In this document: positions 1-9,928 of the stretch, piece after piece
Layout: every line of letters begins with the position of its first letter
Position numbering within the stretch: position 1 is the stretch's first letter
Source: a virus
Taxonomy: Duplodnaviria > Caudoviricetes
Strand: one strand, 5' to 3'
Length of the DNA: 64,000 nt
IMG/VR virus record: IMGVR_UViG_3300009161_000021
Notes under the pieces: generated by a model
Databases searched by the model: none
What the model saw: only the letters and a program-made list of their open reading frames with translations
Told to the model about the DNA's origin: nothing
Position numbers and translations under genes: made by a program

Positions 1-1212
1 GTCGTACATTCCAACCGTTGTGACGAATGAGAAAGCGCGCTGCGTGTCCTCCTGGCCATCATCGATCACAATGATCTTTCCGTCTCCGTCAACGTACGTT
101 GGATTTGAGGAGTAGTTGAACTCGTCCGCGGTTGCTCTGCAGAAGAGCAGTGTGCTGTTGATGTTCGTGACGTTTTGGAACGTAACAGCAGTGTTAGATC
201 CAGAGCTGAAACGACAGGATGAAAAATAATCGACAATGTCATCGATGCTTCCCGAGGTCAGGAAGTCAGGGATGAAACGAGCGTATGGATTTGAACCGTA
301 AGCTGTCTGCATCGTACTTCCCGATCCAATTATGGTCTCATTTGTCGCGAGACCCGTCACAGTCGGATTACCGACAACCGAAGAGATTGTTCCAGAGACG
401 TGCTGGTCTCCCCAAATTATCTTCGAGATATCGAGAACCGCGGTTCCAGCGTCATAGAACATAAGTCCAACTTTTCTGGTCGTGTTGGATGCATCAACGA
501 TCTCTCCAACCTCTCCTCCGAAAGTTGTTCTCTTTGAGCTTGCAGCTCCAACATCCGTGAAAATTGCAGACCCTGAAGGCGAAGTCCTATTGAGATTGCT
601 TCCAGTAGTGTTGAAGGACGATAAACCAAGCGCGTTCTCTGCGGAGGACTTGTTAGCGACGGGAGCTCCGTCAAGAACACCAGTCGTGTAAAATCTCATC
701 GCGAATGTTTCACGCTTGATCTTGTCACGAGCAAACAGTCGCTTGAAGTCTAGAAACAGCGCGTTGTCGATCCTGTCCGCGGAGGTCAGGGTCGGGTCGG
801 TCGAGACCTGGAACGGTGAATAAAAAGCCTGCGAAGAGTCACCGAGAAGCTTTCCGGCGTGCTGCCTGTACACGTCAATCTTCTCTCTCATCTGCATTGA
901 TGAGCTTGGAAACTGGAGCTTCCCTGCTGTGTCCTCACCAATTTTTATGTTCTGAACGGTCGACCCTGAGTACCAGAGTCCCACCGACATGTCGAACATC
1001 GGATTTGCGGTCTGCAGCGCGTAATCCTGGTCGTAAACTGTCTGAAACAACGAGGCAGTAACGCTTGTCGCTCCCGAGCCTGTGACGAAAACTTGATAAG
1101 AGCGGCGGCTCGCTGAACCAGACACGTCCTCTTGAATTATATCAACGAGTTGGTTCAGGGCAGACTTGCTAGTCTTGACATCTGCAGCTGAAATTTCTTT
1201 AAAGGTCGCCAT
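1..1212 (-). CDS. Virion/baseplate-associated protein, partial (runs off the left edge)
   Basis: Not in the ORF track because it has no stop in the window. Translated by hand at both ends: ATG at 1212 gives MATFKEISAADVKTSKSALNQLVDIIQEDVSGS..., and the window edge reads ...DGQEDTQRAFSFVTTVGMYD in the same frame. It follows 1224..1934 directly. Confidence 0.8.
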   Translation of the reverse strand, partial: MATFKEISAADVKTSKSALNQLVDIIQEDVSGSASRRSYQVFVTGSGATSVTASLFQTVYDQDYALQTANPMFDMSVGLWYSGSTVQNIKIGEDTAGKLQFPSSSMQMREKIDVYRQHAGKLLGDSSQAFYSPFQVSTDPTLTSADRIDNALFLDFKRLFARDKIKRETFAMRFYTTGVLDGAPVANKSSAENALGLSSFNTTGSNLNRTSPSGSAIFTDVGAASSKRTTFGGEVGEIVDASNTTRKVGLMFYDAGTAVLDISKIIWGDQHVSGTISSVVGNPTVTGLATNETIIGSGSTMQTAYGSNPYARFIPDFLTSGSIDDIVDYFSSCRFSSGSNTAVTFQNVTNINSTLLFCRATADEFNYSSNPTYVDGDGKIIVIDDGQEDTQRAFSFVTTVGMYD

Positions 1213-1223
1213 TTATTTCCTCG

Positions 1224-1934
1224 TTACTGTGAGATCTGCACTTCGAATTCTTTCGTGGCACCGGATTGCAGTCCCGTGACGCTCACCACTGTCGTAATGA
1301 TCGATTTATTACTTGAGTTGCCGTACACAGTAAACTGCGTGTCAGTGATGGAGCGAACAGCGAGCGGAAGAACTATTGAAGATCCTCCAGCTGCTGTTTC
1401 CCCTGAAGCTCTGAGGAGTATGTACGTAGCGACGCCGTCCTTGTCGATAGTGTCGGGAGTGAAACCCGTCAAGCTTACAAATTGATTGGCCATCTTGACG
1501 ATGTAAGCTTGATCTCTAAGCTCAGGATCGATTAACGATTCTCCCGAGATTGTCTGTGTCAGGGTTACCGACCTCGAGGAGCCAGATCCTGTCCTTGTCA
1601 TCGCGATGAGCGTGCCTGTTGAGTCAAGTCCATCGCTCGTGAGAGAAACTTTGGGCATTCTCACGAGATTGGGATTTGAGACCGAGACGGATCTAAACTT
1701 TAGAGCGAGGTTGGCGTTTGTCTGAGCTTCGAATACAGGTGTATTCTTCTCAATTTTCTCCTTACCGACAGTTCTTCCGAACTTTCGGATCATCGTGTAG
1801 TCAACCTCATCGTCTCCAAGAGCAAACTTCACGATAGAGAAGCTTCCATCATTTCTCGCGAGAAATTCGCGACCGATGTCAGTTAGTACGGCATCGACAA
1901 TGATGTTGTTAGTAGAATGGTCCAGATATCCCAT
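1224..1934 (-). CDS. Baseplate/tail-associated protein with a tail-collar (DUF3751-like) N-terminal motif
   Basis: N-terminus DAVLTDIGREFLARNDGSFSIVKFALGDDEVDY resembles the LT-x-x-G-x-x-x-LA...I-x-x-x-A-x-GD start of P2 gpH-type tail-collar domains; structural-module context. Confidence 0.55.
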   Translation of the reverse strand: MGYLDHSTNNIIVDAVLTDIGREFLARNDGSFSIVKFALGDDEVDYTMIRKFGRTVGKEKIEKNTPVFEAQTNANLALKFRSVSVSNPNLVRMPKVSLTSDGLDSTGTLIAMTRTGSGSSRSVTLTQTISGESLIDPELRDQAYIVKMANQFVSLTGFTPDTIDKDGVATYILLRASGETAAGGSSIVLPLAVRSITDTQFTVYGNSSNKSIITTVVSVTGLQSGATKEFEVQISQ

Positions 1935-1988
1935 GTTGTTTGTCCTAAGCTAGATATTAAAGTTTTTTAGACTCCGGATAAACTTTTT

Positions 1989-3767
1989 TCAGTCTTTACC
2001 GGAAGATCCGTCCTGGCGAAGATTTCGAAGATCTTTAAGCGAAACATCAATGTTCGACTGAAGCTGCCTGTCGGTGTTTAACAGAGAGAACCTGTAAAGC
2101 CCACCTCGAGCATCAGTTTTTAGAAACTTCAAATCTTTGTTGTCTCGATCTTTCACCGCAAGGTACTCAGGATCGAAGAAAATTCTCATTTTCTCTGTTT
2201 TCGTTGACTTGACGCTATCCAAACTCAGCTCTGCCTTCAGGTAAGTATTCGGATACTGCTTTGCTGCGCCCGACTCTGACACAAGAGATTTGATTAATCT
2301 GTTCTGAACTCTGTCGAACCTTACCCTAAACTGAGCGCTGTAATTGGACGTCATCGCGTGAGCGTCTATTGAGCAAATCGCGTAGATGAAATCCGAGTCT
2401 TTATTAAACTCCGGCTCAACGTAGAAAGTGGTCGAAGATGTAAATTTCTTGATAAGGCTTTTGTCTATTGTCTCAGCAGAGGGTGTCTTTATGACCGAAT
2501 CATCAAAATCGAGCTGAGCGATAAGCGAAAATGGCTCGTCTATCGTCTTTCGTCTAAAAACTTGCCAACCCTTGACGTCGCGCTGCGGATTGGACGGAAA
2601 TGCCCAATTGATCTGAAGAGCAGCTCGCTGATAGTCCCAGTAGAAATTAAGGTCCGCTGGTGAGGGCGGGGGAACGTACTCCTCGGTCAAAATGGAAGAG
2701 AATGTTGAGGGTCTTGAAGCGACAAGAAATTTTGACTTCTGGAGTCTTGAATTTTCGTCGACTGCCGTTACGAAGAAAGCAGCGACCGACCTAACGCTGT
2801 AGACATACTGTACTCCATATCTGATATTGAGATCTTTGTAATTACAAATTCTAGGATTTGAGATGTAGAAGGTTCGCTTTGAGCCGATGCGGTCTCCAGA
2901 GCCTATCTCGAATCTCTCTATCATATAGCCCAGATGCTGCACTTTCTCGATATTCGAGGTTGCCTCTGTGGGAATGTCTTGTATGGATGGCATCTCGATT
3001 TCTGTCTCTGAGTCGTTTACCATCTTGCTACGTCTTTTTCTCATCTTACCGGTCATCATTCTCGAGTTATTTCTCACTTGAGAGCCGCATGATGAGACTG
3101 GTGAAACCGGTGTTTCTCTCGTAGAGTTCAGAAGAAAGTCGTTGTCGATAACAATCGCGAGCTGATCAGCAGCTGAAGCATCGACCGGTTCTACTTTCTT
3201 GTCTCCATCTATGAACAATGATCTGCTCTGCGATGCAAGGCTGAGAAATCTTTGCATCGAGTTTCCCTGCTGAGACAGAATCGTCGTGTCACCGTTTTGG
3301 TCAAGAGCTGAGGAAGCATTTGAGGCTCGGGACGTCATCAATTTCGCAGCGATGTCAGTGCTAGATCCGCTGGCAAGACCTCTTAGCCGCGCTGAGGATT
3401 CATATCTCTCACCGATCCTGTTGAGATAGTCAAAGTCCTGGAAATAAAGCATTGAAAAATCAGCGAGAATTTTCGATTCGTCAACAATTTCTAGCTTGTT
3501 GTCTTCGAGAAAGCTCTTCTGGTATGCAAATTCAGTCGATCGTCGAGGATCAAAGCTGGATTTCTTCCAGCTAACGGTGACGTATCTCGGTATTTTTATG
3601 CTGATCTCGCGAGGCGTCAACGCCGACAAGGGCTTCTTAAGAAATGGCGGGTTATCATCAACGCGCTCGTCAGCTTCAAAAAAGTTATATGTGAACTTTA
3701 CGATCGGCTTTGAGGGAACAGGAACGTCGAAAATCTGAACGGGTCTGCTAGCGTAAGTCGGTTTCAT
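1989..3767 (-). CDS. Hypothetical structural protein with FN3-like domain(s), 592 aa
   Basis: PPPSPADLNFYWDYQRAALQINWAFPSNPQRDVKGWQVFRR and YKDLNIRYGVQYVYSVRSV are FN3-like patterns; TAATG coupling with the upstream gene. Confidence 0.55.
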   Translation of the reverse strand: MKPTYASRPVQIFDVPVPSKPIVKFTYNFFEADERVDDNPPFLKKPLSALTPREISIKIPRYVTVSWKKSSFDPRRSTEFAYQKSFLEDNKLEIVDESKILADFSMLYFQDFDYLNRIGERYESSARLRGLASGSSTDIAAKLMTSRASNASSALDQNGDTTILSQQGNSMQRFLSLASQSRSLFIDGDKKVEPVDASAADQLAIVIDNDFLLNSTRETPVSPVSSCGSQVRNNSRMMTGKMRKRRSKMVNDSETEIEMPSIQDIPTEATSNIEKVQHLGYMIERFEIGSGDRIGSKRTFYISNPRICNYKDLNIRYGVQYVYSVRSVAAFFVTAVDENSRLQKSKFLVASRPSTFSSILTEEYVPPPSPADLNFYWDYQRAALQINWAFPSNPQRDVKGWQVFRRKTIDEPFSLIAQLDFDDSVIKTPSAETIDKSLIKKFTSSTTFYVEPEFNKDSDFIYAICSIDAHAMTSNYSAQFRVRFDRVQNRLIKSLVSESGAAKQYPNTYLKAELSLDSVKSTKTEKMRIFFDPEYLAVKDRDNKDLKFLKTDARGGLYRFSLLNTDRQLQSNIDVSLKDLRNLRQDGSSGKD

Positions 3768-6700
3768 TATCGCTGTATCCCCTTGCTAATTATGCTTTTC
3801 GAGATTTTGGAAGAATCCTGATTCTGAGATCCTGCTTTGATCTTCTTTTCAGACTTATCTTTTTGAGTAAGAACAGCTTTCGCTATCTTAAGCATTGAGC
3901 CTTCGGTCTTACTTGACGTGTGAGGTATGAATTGGCAAGAAATGTCTCCAACAGAGAATCCACCGTTTAAGGGATCTCTCGGTATCACCAGGGTCGAGCC
4001 GTTAGACTCGATTAGGTATCCGTTTTTTTGAAGAGATTTCAGCATGCTCTTTCCGACCTCTCCGTTTTTCTTAGTCGTCTCTTCTTTATCGACAGCGAAA
4101 GTATCAGGATCGACAGCGACAAGAACGACTCTGTCAAAAAGAGAGTTTGCAAGAAGACGATCGATCGGCTTCTCTTCTCTCATAAGATACGATGAGACTA
4201 AAGCGGCGATTAGCTCCTTGTCTCCAGTCGTTACGTCCTCAGCTTGATTCAGGTAGTCGATATCTCCAGTATCAAGCAGGAAAGAAGAAAGTTGAGCTGG
4301 GGTTGGAAGGACGAGATCTGTCAATTTCTGCTGGGAGACCGAATTGAGCGCAGCGAGAGCGGTCGACAAAACGGTGTCTTTCACGTCTAGCGTGACAGAT
4401 TCATCGAAAACTAATCCTGTCGTCTTATAGAGGTAGCTTTCCATGAGATATGAAAACGTCGCATTTTTGACTATTTCATCTATCTGCTTCGATGTGAGAT
4501 CCTTGTATCTTGAATTTGAAGCGAAGTCCTGATAGCTAAGCGTTTCAGACCCCTCACGAGAGTAGAGCTTGTAGCTTATTCTTTTGGCAATCTCGAGCGA
4601 TCGATCAGAAGTTGAGGAAGTTTTTGATCTTCTGTAAGTGTCGAATGATCCTGGAACAACGTAAAGCTGCGGATCGAACAGGAATATTTTCTCTTTGAAA
4701 ATCAGATCATCAAGCTCGTGGTCACGACGGTGTACGACCATCTCGACCATTCCCGTATAATTCTGCTGGCCCAAGTCTGGGTCTCTGTACTTTTTGCTGT
4801 TGTCAATTGTTCCAGCTGGAATAGCCGCTGCGATCAGCCTGATATTTTCCGATGATCTGTCAGAGAACTGTGGAGCTGTTAGCAACGATTTGAGAGCGAT
4901 GGATTCAGGAAGCGAGAAAGCAAATTTCGCGGGTAGATAACCCGATTTTTCGATGGGTCTGTACTTGTCGAGAAGAGACCTACGATAAACGATTTGCTGA
5001 GTTGTTAAACTCGACATCATCTCCCTTCCTTTCGGGGTGTCGAGCACGTCTTTACGTGATGAAGTTTCAAGTATATTCGAGAATGCATCGATAAGATCAT
5101 TCTTCGAATTTTGCATTACTTTCGAGAATGCAGTGAGGTAAGCCACAGAATTCTGGTAAGATGAGACGTCAGATCTCAAGTAGCTTAGAGCTTCGCTTGC
5201 GAGAGTTGCTGAGCTGAACTGAAAGAGTTTTGTCTCGCTCTCCGTCATGTCAGATGTCAAAAGCGTTAGCTCTTCTCTGTAATCTTTGATCAAATTCGAA
5301 GAGAATCCGATCACCGCCATCTCGTTTCCCTTCAAAAACGCGTCGAGAGCATCAGCTATATCTCCGCTGTTGACAGCATTAACAAACTCCTGAATTCTTC
5401 CTTGCGGTGTCTTGTAAGATCTAGCGACACTGATTCCAAGCGGAGCTGAAAGAACAACAAAGCATCTTACGATCATGGCGAGAAGTCCGAACTCGTCAAA
5501 ACCTCCGTAGAGAGTTCTTCCCAAAGCGTCCGTCATCTTTTCACCGTCTGGTAAACGCTTTTCAGCTTTCTGAACTATTTCATCGTAAGCTTTGACGATA
5601 AATGACCAGAAAGTTCCGCTCGTCTTTTTCATAGCATCTTCGTAGTATTTAGCGATGACTTTTTCTTCAGTGTAGGGAGGAGTTCTCGCAGCTTGAGCTC
5701 TTAGATCCCTAATGTAAGATTTGACAGAATCGATTTGCTTGTTTATCCGATCTGTTGCAATTTTAAGATCATCTTTGTCTTCAATGGTTAAGACAAAATC
5801 AGTCTTAAAGCTTTCGAGATTTTTCACGAGAGCAGTCGCGATAGTCGCTCTTTGGTTTAACTCTTCGCCAGTGAGCTGATCTGATCCTGCAATCAATCTC
5901 ATGAAGGCGAGCATTAAGCCCGACATGTCAGCGCTTGGGGGCGAACCTCCGGCGGTCCTGGTGATAGTTCTGGTCGTTGGAGTGTCCGATTTGTTCTCAG
6001 TTTGAGTTGTCGTCGGAACGGCATCGCTCTTCAAACTTTCGCTTTTTTCTGAAACTTTCGCAGTGACCAGCTTTGTTGTGGTCGTTGCGTCCTCACCCGT
6101 ACCGGTGCCAGATCGTGATTTTACTTTGTAGTATTTGATTCTGCCGGCGATTCTTAAAATCTGATGGTTAAGCGATGCATTACTGTTTCCCGAATTTCCT
6201 GCTAGGCAAGTGTAAAGAAGCTGGTACTTTGAGCTTTCATCAGAACTTGCAAGACCAAGAGCTTCGTTGAAATTTGATAGTATCGTTCTAAAAACTTCTA
6301 CAGTTGTTATCCCGTTAGTGGGATCGAGAAGACCCAACATCTTTTCAGAATACGCTTCAATATCGAGACGACCTTCTTCGAATTTTGAGATGAAAGAATC
6401 TAGATCAGAGAATTTGTAATCTCCTGCCAGCAGCGGCTCTCTGATAAGAGCGGTTGGACCAGATTTGTAGTCTCTTTTCTCGGGTGCATCCTCAATTTCA
6501 ACGGGAACGATCCAAGTCCCGTCAGAGCTCTTATACTGTAGCATTGAAAGAGCGATAAGGCTCGAGCTCGCAGAGTTCTTCTTAAAAGGAAGCGGATCTG
6601 CAACTTGTCCTCCGTTCGCAGCGGGTTTTGTCCCTTCGAACATTGAACCAAGATTCCCCATCTTGAATGAAAGCTTCTGAGCTAAGCTGTCCTGCTCGAC

Positions 6701-7579
6701 TCTTACGATTCCAGTTGATATGCTTAGGGCTCTCGTAAGAATCTCTACAGGTTCTACTAGAGATCTAACCCCAGTACTGGAGAAATACTTCCAATATCTG
6801 CCACCGTCTATTCCAGATTCAAGACCCGCTGGGTTTAGGTCCTTCACGTCTCTTCCCTGTCCCCATGAATCGAAAAGAACCCCGAATGGCTTCGTGTCAA
6901 TTTTCGATCTGATCTTTTCGTTTAGAATCTTTTTGAGAGCGGTGGCGTTTCCACCTGTCGAAGAGAAAGTCTCTGATGGAAGAGGGGGATTAGGATCCGA
7001 CAGAGTCGGTAACTTAACTAAGATGCTGTCAATTTCGAACTTCCTTTCGGAAGCTGGAGTTTCATAGTCCCTAAGTTTCGACGTAAGGTAGTCTTGCCCA
7101 GCCTGCTGAATGTCTGGATCTCCGGGACGAATGAAGTCCAGAGACTTTATCGCCTGCTCAAGCTTCTCATCAATTCGAGCAAGATCTTCCACAAAATCAT
7201 CGGCATCTTCTATCGCAGATTCTAGAGAAGTTTTAAGAGATGACCACTGGCCGCTGGTGTCTTTTTCGATGCATTTTGATGTTGCGTAAGAGACGTCATC
7301 GGTGGTGACAGAGTGAACGGCGTCCAACGCTTCGTAGTATCTCCCGTAAGGAGTAAGAAACCCACCGGGCTCATATACCCTATTGAAATCAGCGAGCGCA
7401 ACAATCTCAGTTGGTTTCGATTCCTCGACTTTTTCGATGCTAACGTTAGTGTTACTGGATTGCTTGGAGAGGCTCAGACTTGAGGCTGCGATAGCAGTCA
7501 CGCCGGTCGAAGACTTTATCGTACCGGTAGCTGGGCTTGAGACCTTGACTCCCTTTCCTATTGCTGACTTAGGCGGCAC
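3767..7579 (-). CDS. Large hypothetical protein, 1270 aa, probably structural
   Basis: Long open frame with GTG start, coupled to both neighbours; Thr-rich linker near aa 490-545; no recognisable domain. Confidence 0.75.
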   Translation of the reverse strand: MPPKSAIGKGVKVSSPATGTIKSSTGVTAIAASSLSLSKQSSNTNVSIEKVEESKPTEIVALADFNRVYEPGGFLTPYGRYYEALDAVHSVTTDDVSYATSKCIEKDTSGQWSSLKTSLESAIEDADDFVEDLARIDEKLEQAIKSLDFIRPGDPDIQQAGQDYLTSKLRDYETPASERKFEIDSILVKLPTLSDPNPPLPSETFSSTGGNATALKKILNEKIRSKIDTKPFGVLFDSWGQGRDVKDLNPAGLESGIDGGRYWKYFSSTGVRSLVEPVEILTRALSISTGIVRVEQDSLAQKLSFKMGNLGSMFEGTKPAANGGQVADPLPFKKNSASSSLIALSMLQYKSSDGTWIVPVEIEDAPEKRDYKSGPTALIREPLLAGDYKFSDLDSFISKFEEGRLDIEAYSEKMLGLLDPTNGITTVEVFRTILSNFNEALGLASSDESSKYQLLYTCLAGNSGNSNASLNHQILRIAGRIKYYKVKSRSGTGTGEDATTTTKLVTAKVSEKSESLKSDAVPTTTQTENKSDTPTTRTITRTAGGSPPSADMSGLMLAFMRLIAGSDQLTGEELNQRATIATALVKNLESFKTDFVLTIEDKDDLKIATDRINKQIDSVKSYIRDLRAQAARTPPYTEEKVIAKYYEDAMKKTSGTFWSFIVKAYDEIVQKAEKRLPDGEKMTDALGRTLYGGFDEFGLLAMIVRCFVVLSAPLGISVARSYKTPQGRIQEFVNAVNSGDIADALDAFLKGNEMAVIGFSSNLIKDYREELTLLTSDMTESETKLFQFSSATLASEALSYLRSDVSSYQNSVAYLTAFSKVMQNSKNDLIDAFSNILETSSRKDVLDTPKGREMMSSLTTQQIVYRRSLLDKYRPIEKSGYLPAKFAFSLPESIALKSLLTAPQFSDRSSENIRLIAAAIPAGTIDNSKKYRDPDLGQQNYTGMVEMVVHRRDHELDDLIFKEKIFLFDPQLYVVPGSFDTYRRSKTSSTSDRSLEIAKRISYKLYSREGSETLSYQDFASNSRYKDLTSKQIDEIVKNATFSYLMESYLYKTTGLVFDESVTLDVKDTVLSTALAALNSVSQQKLTDLVLPTPAQLSSFLLDTGDIDYLNQAEDVTTGDKELIAALVSSYLMREEKPIDRLLANSLFDRVVLVAVDPDTFAVDKEETTKKNGEVGKSMLKSLQKNGYLIESNGSTLVIPRDPLNGGFSVGDISCQFIPHTSSKTEGSMLKIAKAVLTQKDKSEKKIKAGSQNQDSSKISKSIISKGIQR

Positions 7580-9926
7580 TGTCCCTCTCCTTAACAGGAC
7601 CGATCAATCGACCCTGCGAAAAATTCTGAAAAATCGGTTGTATGTAGTAAGAAACGTCGTTTAACGAAGCTTTAAGTCTATCGTCAAGGTACACCATCGA
7701 ATCGTTTCCAAAAAAGTGAAGAGCTCGAAGCGGAGCTAGCTTTCCATTATACTCGGCGAAGATGATTATGTGATCTATCTTCTGCAGTCCTTCGTTGACT
7801 TTCCACCTAACGACGTTTCCCCTAACAGTTTCTTCAACAGAGGGATCAGTTATGTCAGTATCGACGTGAGGGACAGTTACTATGACCTCACCCGTGAGCG
7901 CAGTCCTTCCCTGGATCATTTCACTCGCGCTTCCAGCCGCTGGATCCAGCTTGAAGCTAGCTCTTGAAGTAACTCTTAATTGCTTAGAGTTCGAAGTTAG
8001 TGTCCCTTTTTTTAGAACAACCGGAGAATTAAATTTCTTCATTAAGACCGGATAGCTTTTTCCCGTTTCGAGGTCGTTTTTGCTAACGCTCGACTCTGAA
8101 AAGATTGTTCCAGGAGCTCTGACAAGAAGGCGAAACTGGTAAATGTACTTTCTGCCACCGACAAGCGATGAAACGTTTGCTGCCCTTTGCGACCTTGAGT
8201 CATCTTGAAAAAGTCCAGTTTTGACAACTCCGAAAGATTCATTCAACCCCGTAACAGTATCAAATCTAAGCATCTCGAGAGAGACTATTTTGTTAAAGAG
8301 CTCTTTGTTACTTTTGATCTCATCAGTGTAGAGACTGTCAAGACCGGCGTCTATCAACGTGCCGTAAATGAGATCAAGAGACGCTTGGTTGGTGGGAGCG
8401 TCAACCTGAAATGACACGCTAAGAGATCCTGCGTCCCCAACCCTAAGAGAGTTTGAATAAAGTGAATAGCTCTCTTGATCCTCAATATCACCAGAAAAGT
8501 GAATGATGGCTCTATTTTGTGATTCTCTCTCGTCTCCGTAGGAATCTATCATTACGATCTTATACTCGTAAATTGCAGAAACTCGACTTGGGACATCCTG
8601 AAATTCAATATTTGATGTTGTCTTGTCGAACTTTCTAAGACTTCCTCCTAAAACGTTCGAAAGATTTGTAAATGATGACTCATGAGTTGTCAGATTCTTT
8701 CTGATCAACCTGATCGCGATGACTTCGGAGGGTATGTTAAAAACAGAAACTTTGACTGCGCCTGAAACTTCAGAAGCAAGCAAAGTTAGATTGTCAGGCT
8801 CAATTTTATTATTTTTAGACTTGATACCTGGGGCTACAACGCTGGAAAATTCTCCTGATGAAATCGAAAGTTCGTTGAAAGGAATAACTCTATAAAGCGT
8901 TTTTTCTGACTGGCTGGGGCGATCAGTGAATTGAATCTCTTCTCCAGGAAGCAACGGAATTGTCGTTATTTTCTTAAAAGTCTCTTCATCGTTTCCCGTG
9001 ACTGACTTACGATAGACAGCGATAGAATTGCTGTTCTTATCTTCCTGCTTGATCTTCATCACTCTGTAGTTTCCGACATTGGTGAGATGCAGGCGCGGAG
9101 CTTGAGTCGGTATTATGTGTTTCTCAAAAGCATCTCTAAAGTTCACCTTAAATTTGAGAACTTGGTTCCTCGAATCAACTTCAACTGTGTAATTTTTTAG
9201 TTGAAATTTTCTGATCTTCACAGTGAAAGGTATTTCTATCGTTGTTACGTCTTCCCCATCGAATGAAGATTTCACAGCGTTTCCAGAAATCTTGACGAGA
9301 GACGCACGAACTGATTCGAGCTTTTTATCAATCTTTGACATATCGGAAGTTGTTCGAACTCCACGAACAGAGCTGAGAATAGGAGCGTGAAAAGACGCAG
9401 AATTTATTTCTTGAGCTGGGTCCTTTGTTTTTCTATGAAGAAGGTCGAGGTACGACGACTTTAGAGAAAGATCAACCTCGACATCTGAGTGTTTCGAAGA
9501 GTCAAGATTTGAAACGCTCTTGCTTTCAAGAGATGAATTGCTTTCTGACTTCAGTCTCTTTTTACGACGAACAGGTCCGCCAGCAAGTATCTTAGCGATC
9601 TTGTCATTGGGAATCTGCTTGCTAAGATCAACTACTCCCTTAAAAATCGCCCTTGATATCTCTGAGATAGCAGACTTTTTCTTTGAAGCAGATCTGTGAA
9701 AAGAAGAGCTTGCTTCAAGAGCTTTTAGCTTAAGCTTCGGAGGATCGAGCTTTCTCTCATCGTACACTCTAAAGTTGCAAGTTGTCACTTTCTCTTCGAT
9801 AGCAGCCTCTGGGTCGATCTCAAAGAAAACTTGAAAGAAAACAATGTCATCTTCGATTCTCATGACCTCAGCTGGCCTTGAGCTGACTGACATGATCTGC
9901 TTCTTTGGCTTCGACTTAATCTTCAC
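7569..9926 (-). CDS. Hypothetical structural protein with Ig/FN3-like segments, 785 aa
   Basis: Long ORF with beta-sandwich-like motifs (FTDRPSQSEKTLYRVIPFN, FQDVPSRVSAIYEYKIV, VVRWKV); start may be the ATG at 9893. Confidence 0.65.
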   Translation of the reverse strand: MKIKSKPKKQIMSVSSRPAEVMRIEDDIVFFQVFFEIDPEAAIEEKVTTCNFRVYDERKLDPPKLKLKALEASSSFHRSASKKKSAISEISRAIFKGVVDLSKQIPNDKIAKILAGGPVRRKKRLKSESNSSLESKSVSNLDSSKHSDVEVDLSLKSSYLDLLHRKTKDPAQEINSASFHAPILSSVRGVRTTSDMSKIDKKLESVRASLVKISGNAVKSSFDGEDVTTIEIPFTVKIRKFQLKNYTVEVDSRNQVLKFKVNFRDAFEKHIIPTQAPRLHLTNVGNYRVMKIKQEDKNSNSIAVYRKSVTGNDEETFKKITTIPLLPGEEIQFTDRPSQSEKTLYRVIPFNELSISSGEFSSVVAPGIKSKNNKIEPDNLTLLASEVSGAVKVSVFNIPSEVIAIRLIRKNLTTHESSFTNLSNVLGGSLRKFDKTTSNIEFQDVPSRVSAIYEYKIVMIDSYGDERESQNRAIIHFSGDIEDQESYSLYSNSLRVGDAGSLSVSFQVDAPTNQASLDLIYGTLIDAGLDSLYTDEIKSNKELFNKIVSLEMLRFDTVTGLNESFGVVKTGLFQDDSRSQRAANVSSLVGGRKYIYQFRLLVRAPGTIFSESSVSKNDLETGKSYPVLMKKFNSPVVLKKGTLTSNSKQLRVTSRASFKLDPAAGSASEMIQGRTALTGEVIVTVPHVDTDITDPSVEETVRGNVVRWKVNEGLQKIDHIIIFAEYNGKLAPLRALHFFGNDSMVYLDDRLKASLNDVSYYIQPIFQNFSQGRLIGPVKERDSAA

Positions 9927-9928
9927 TT

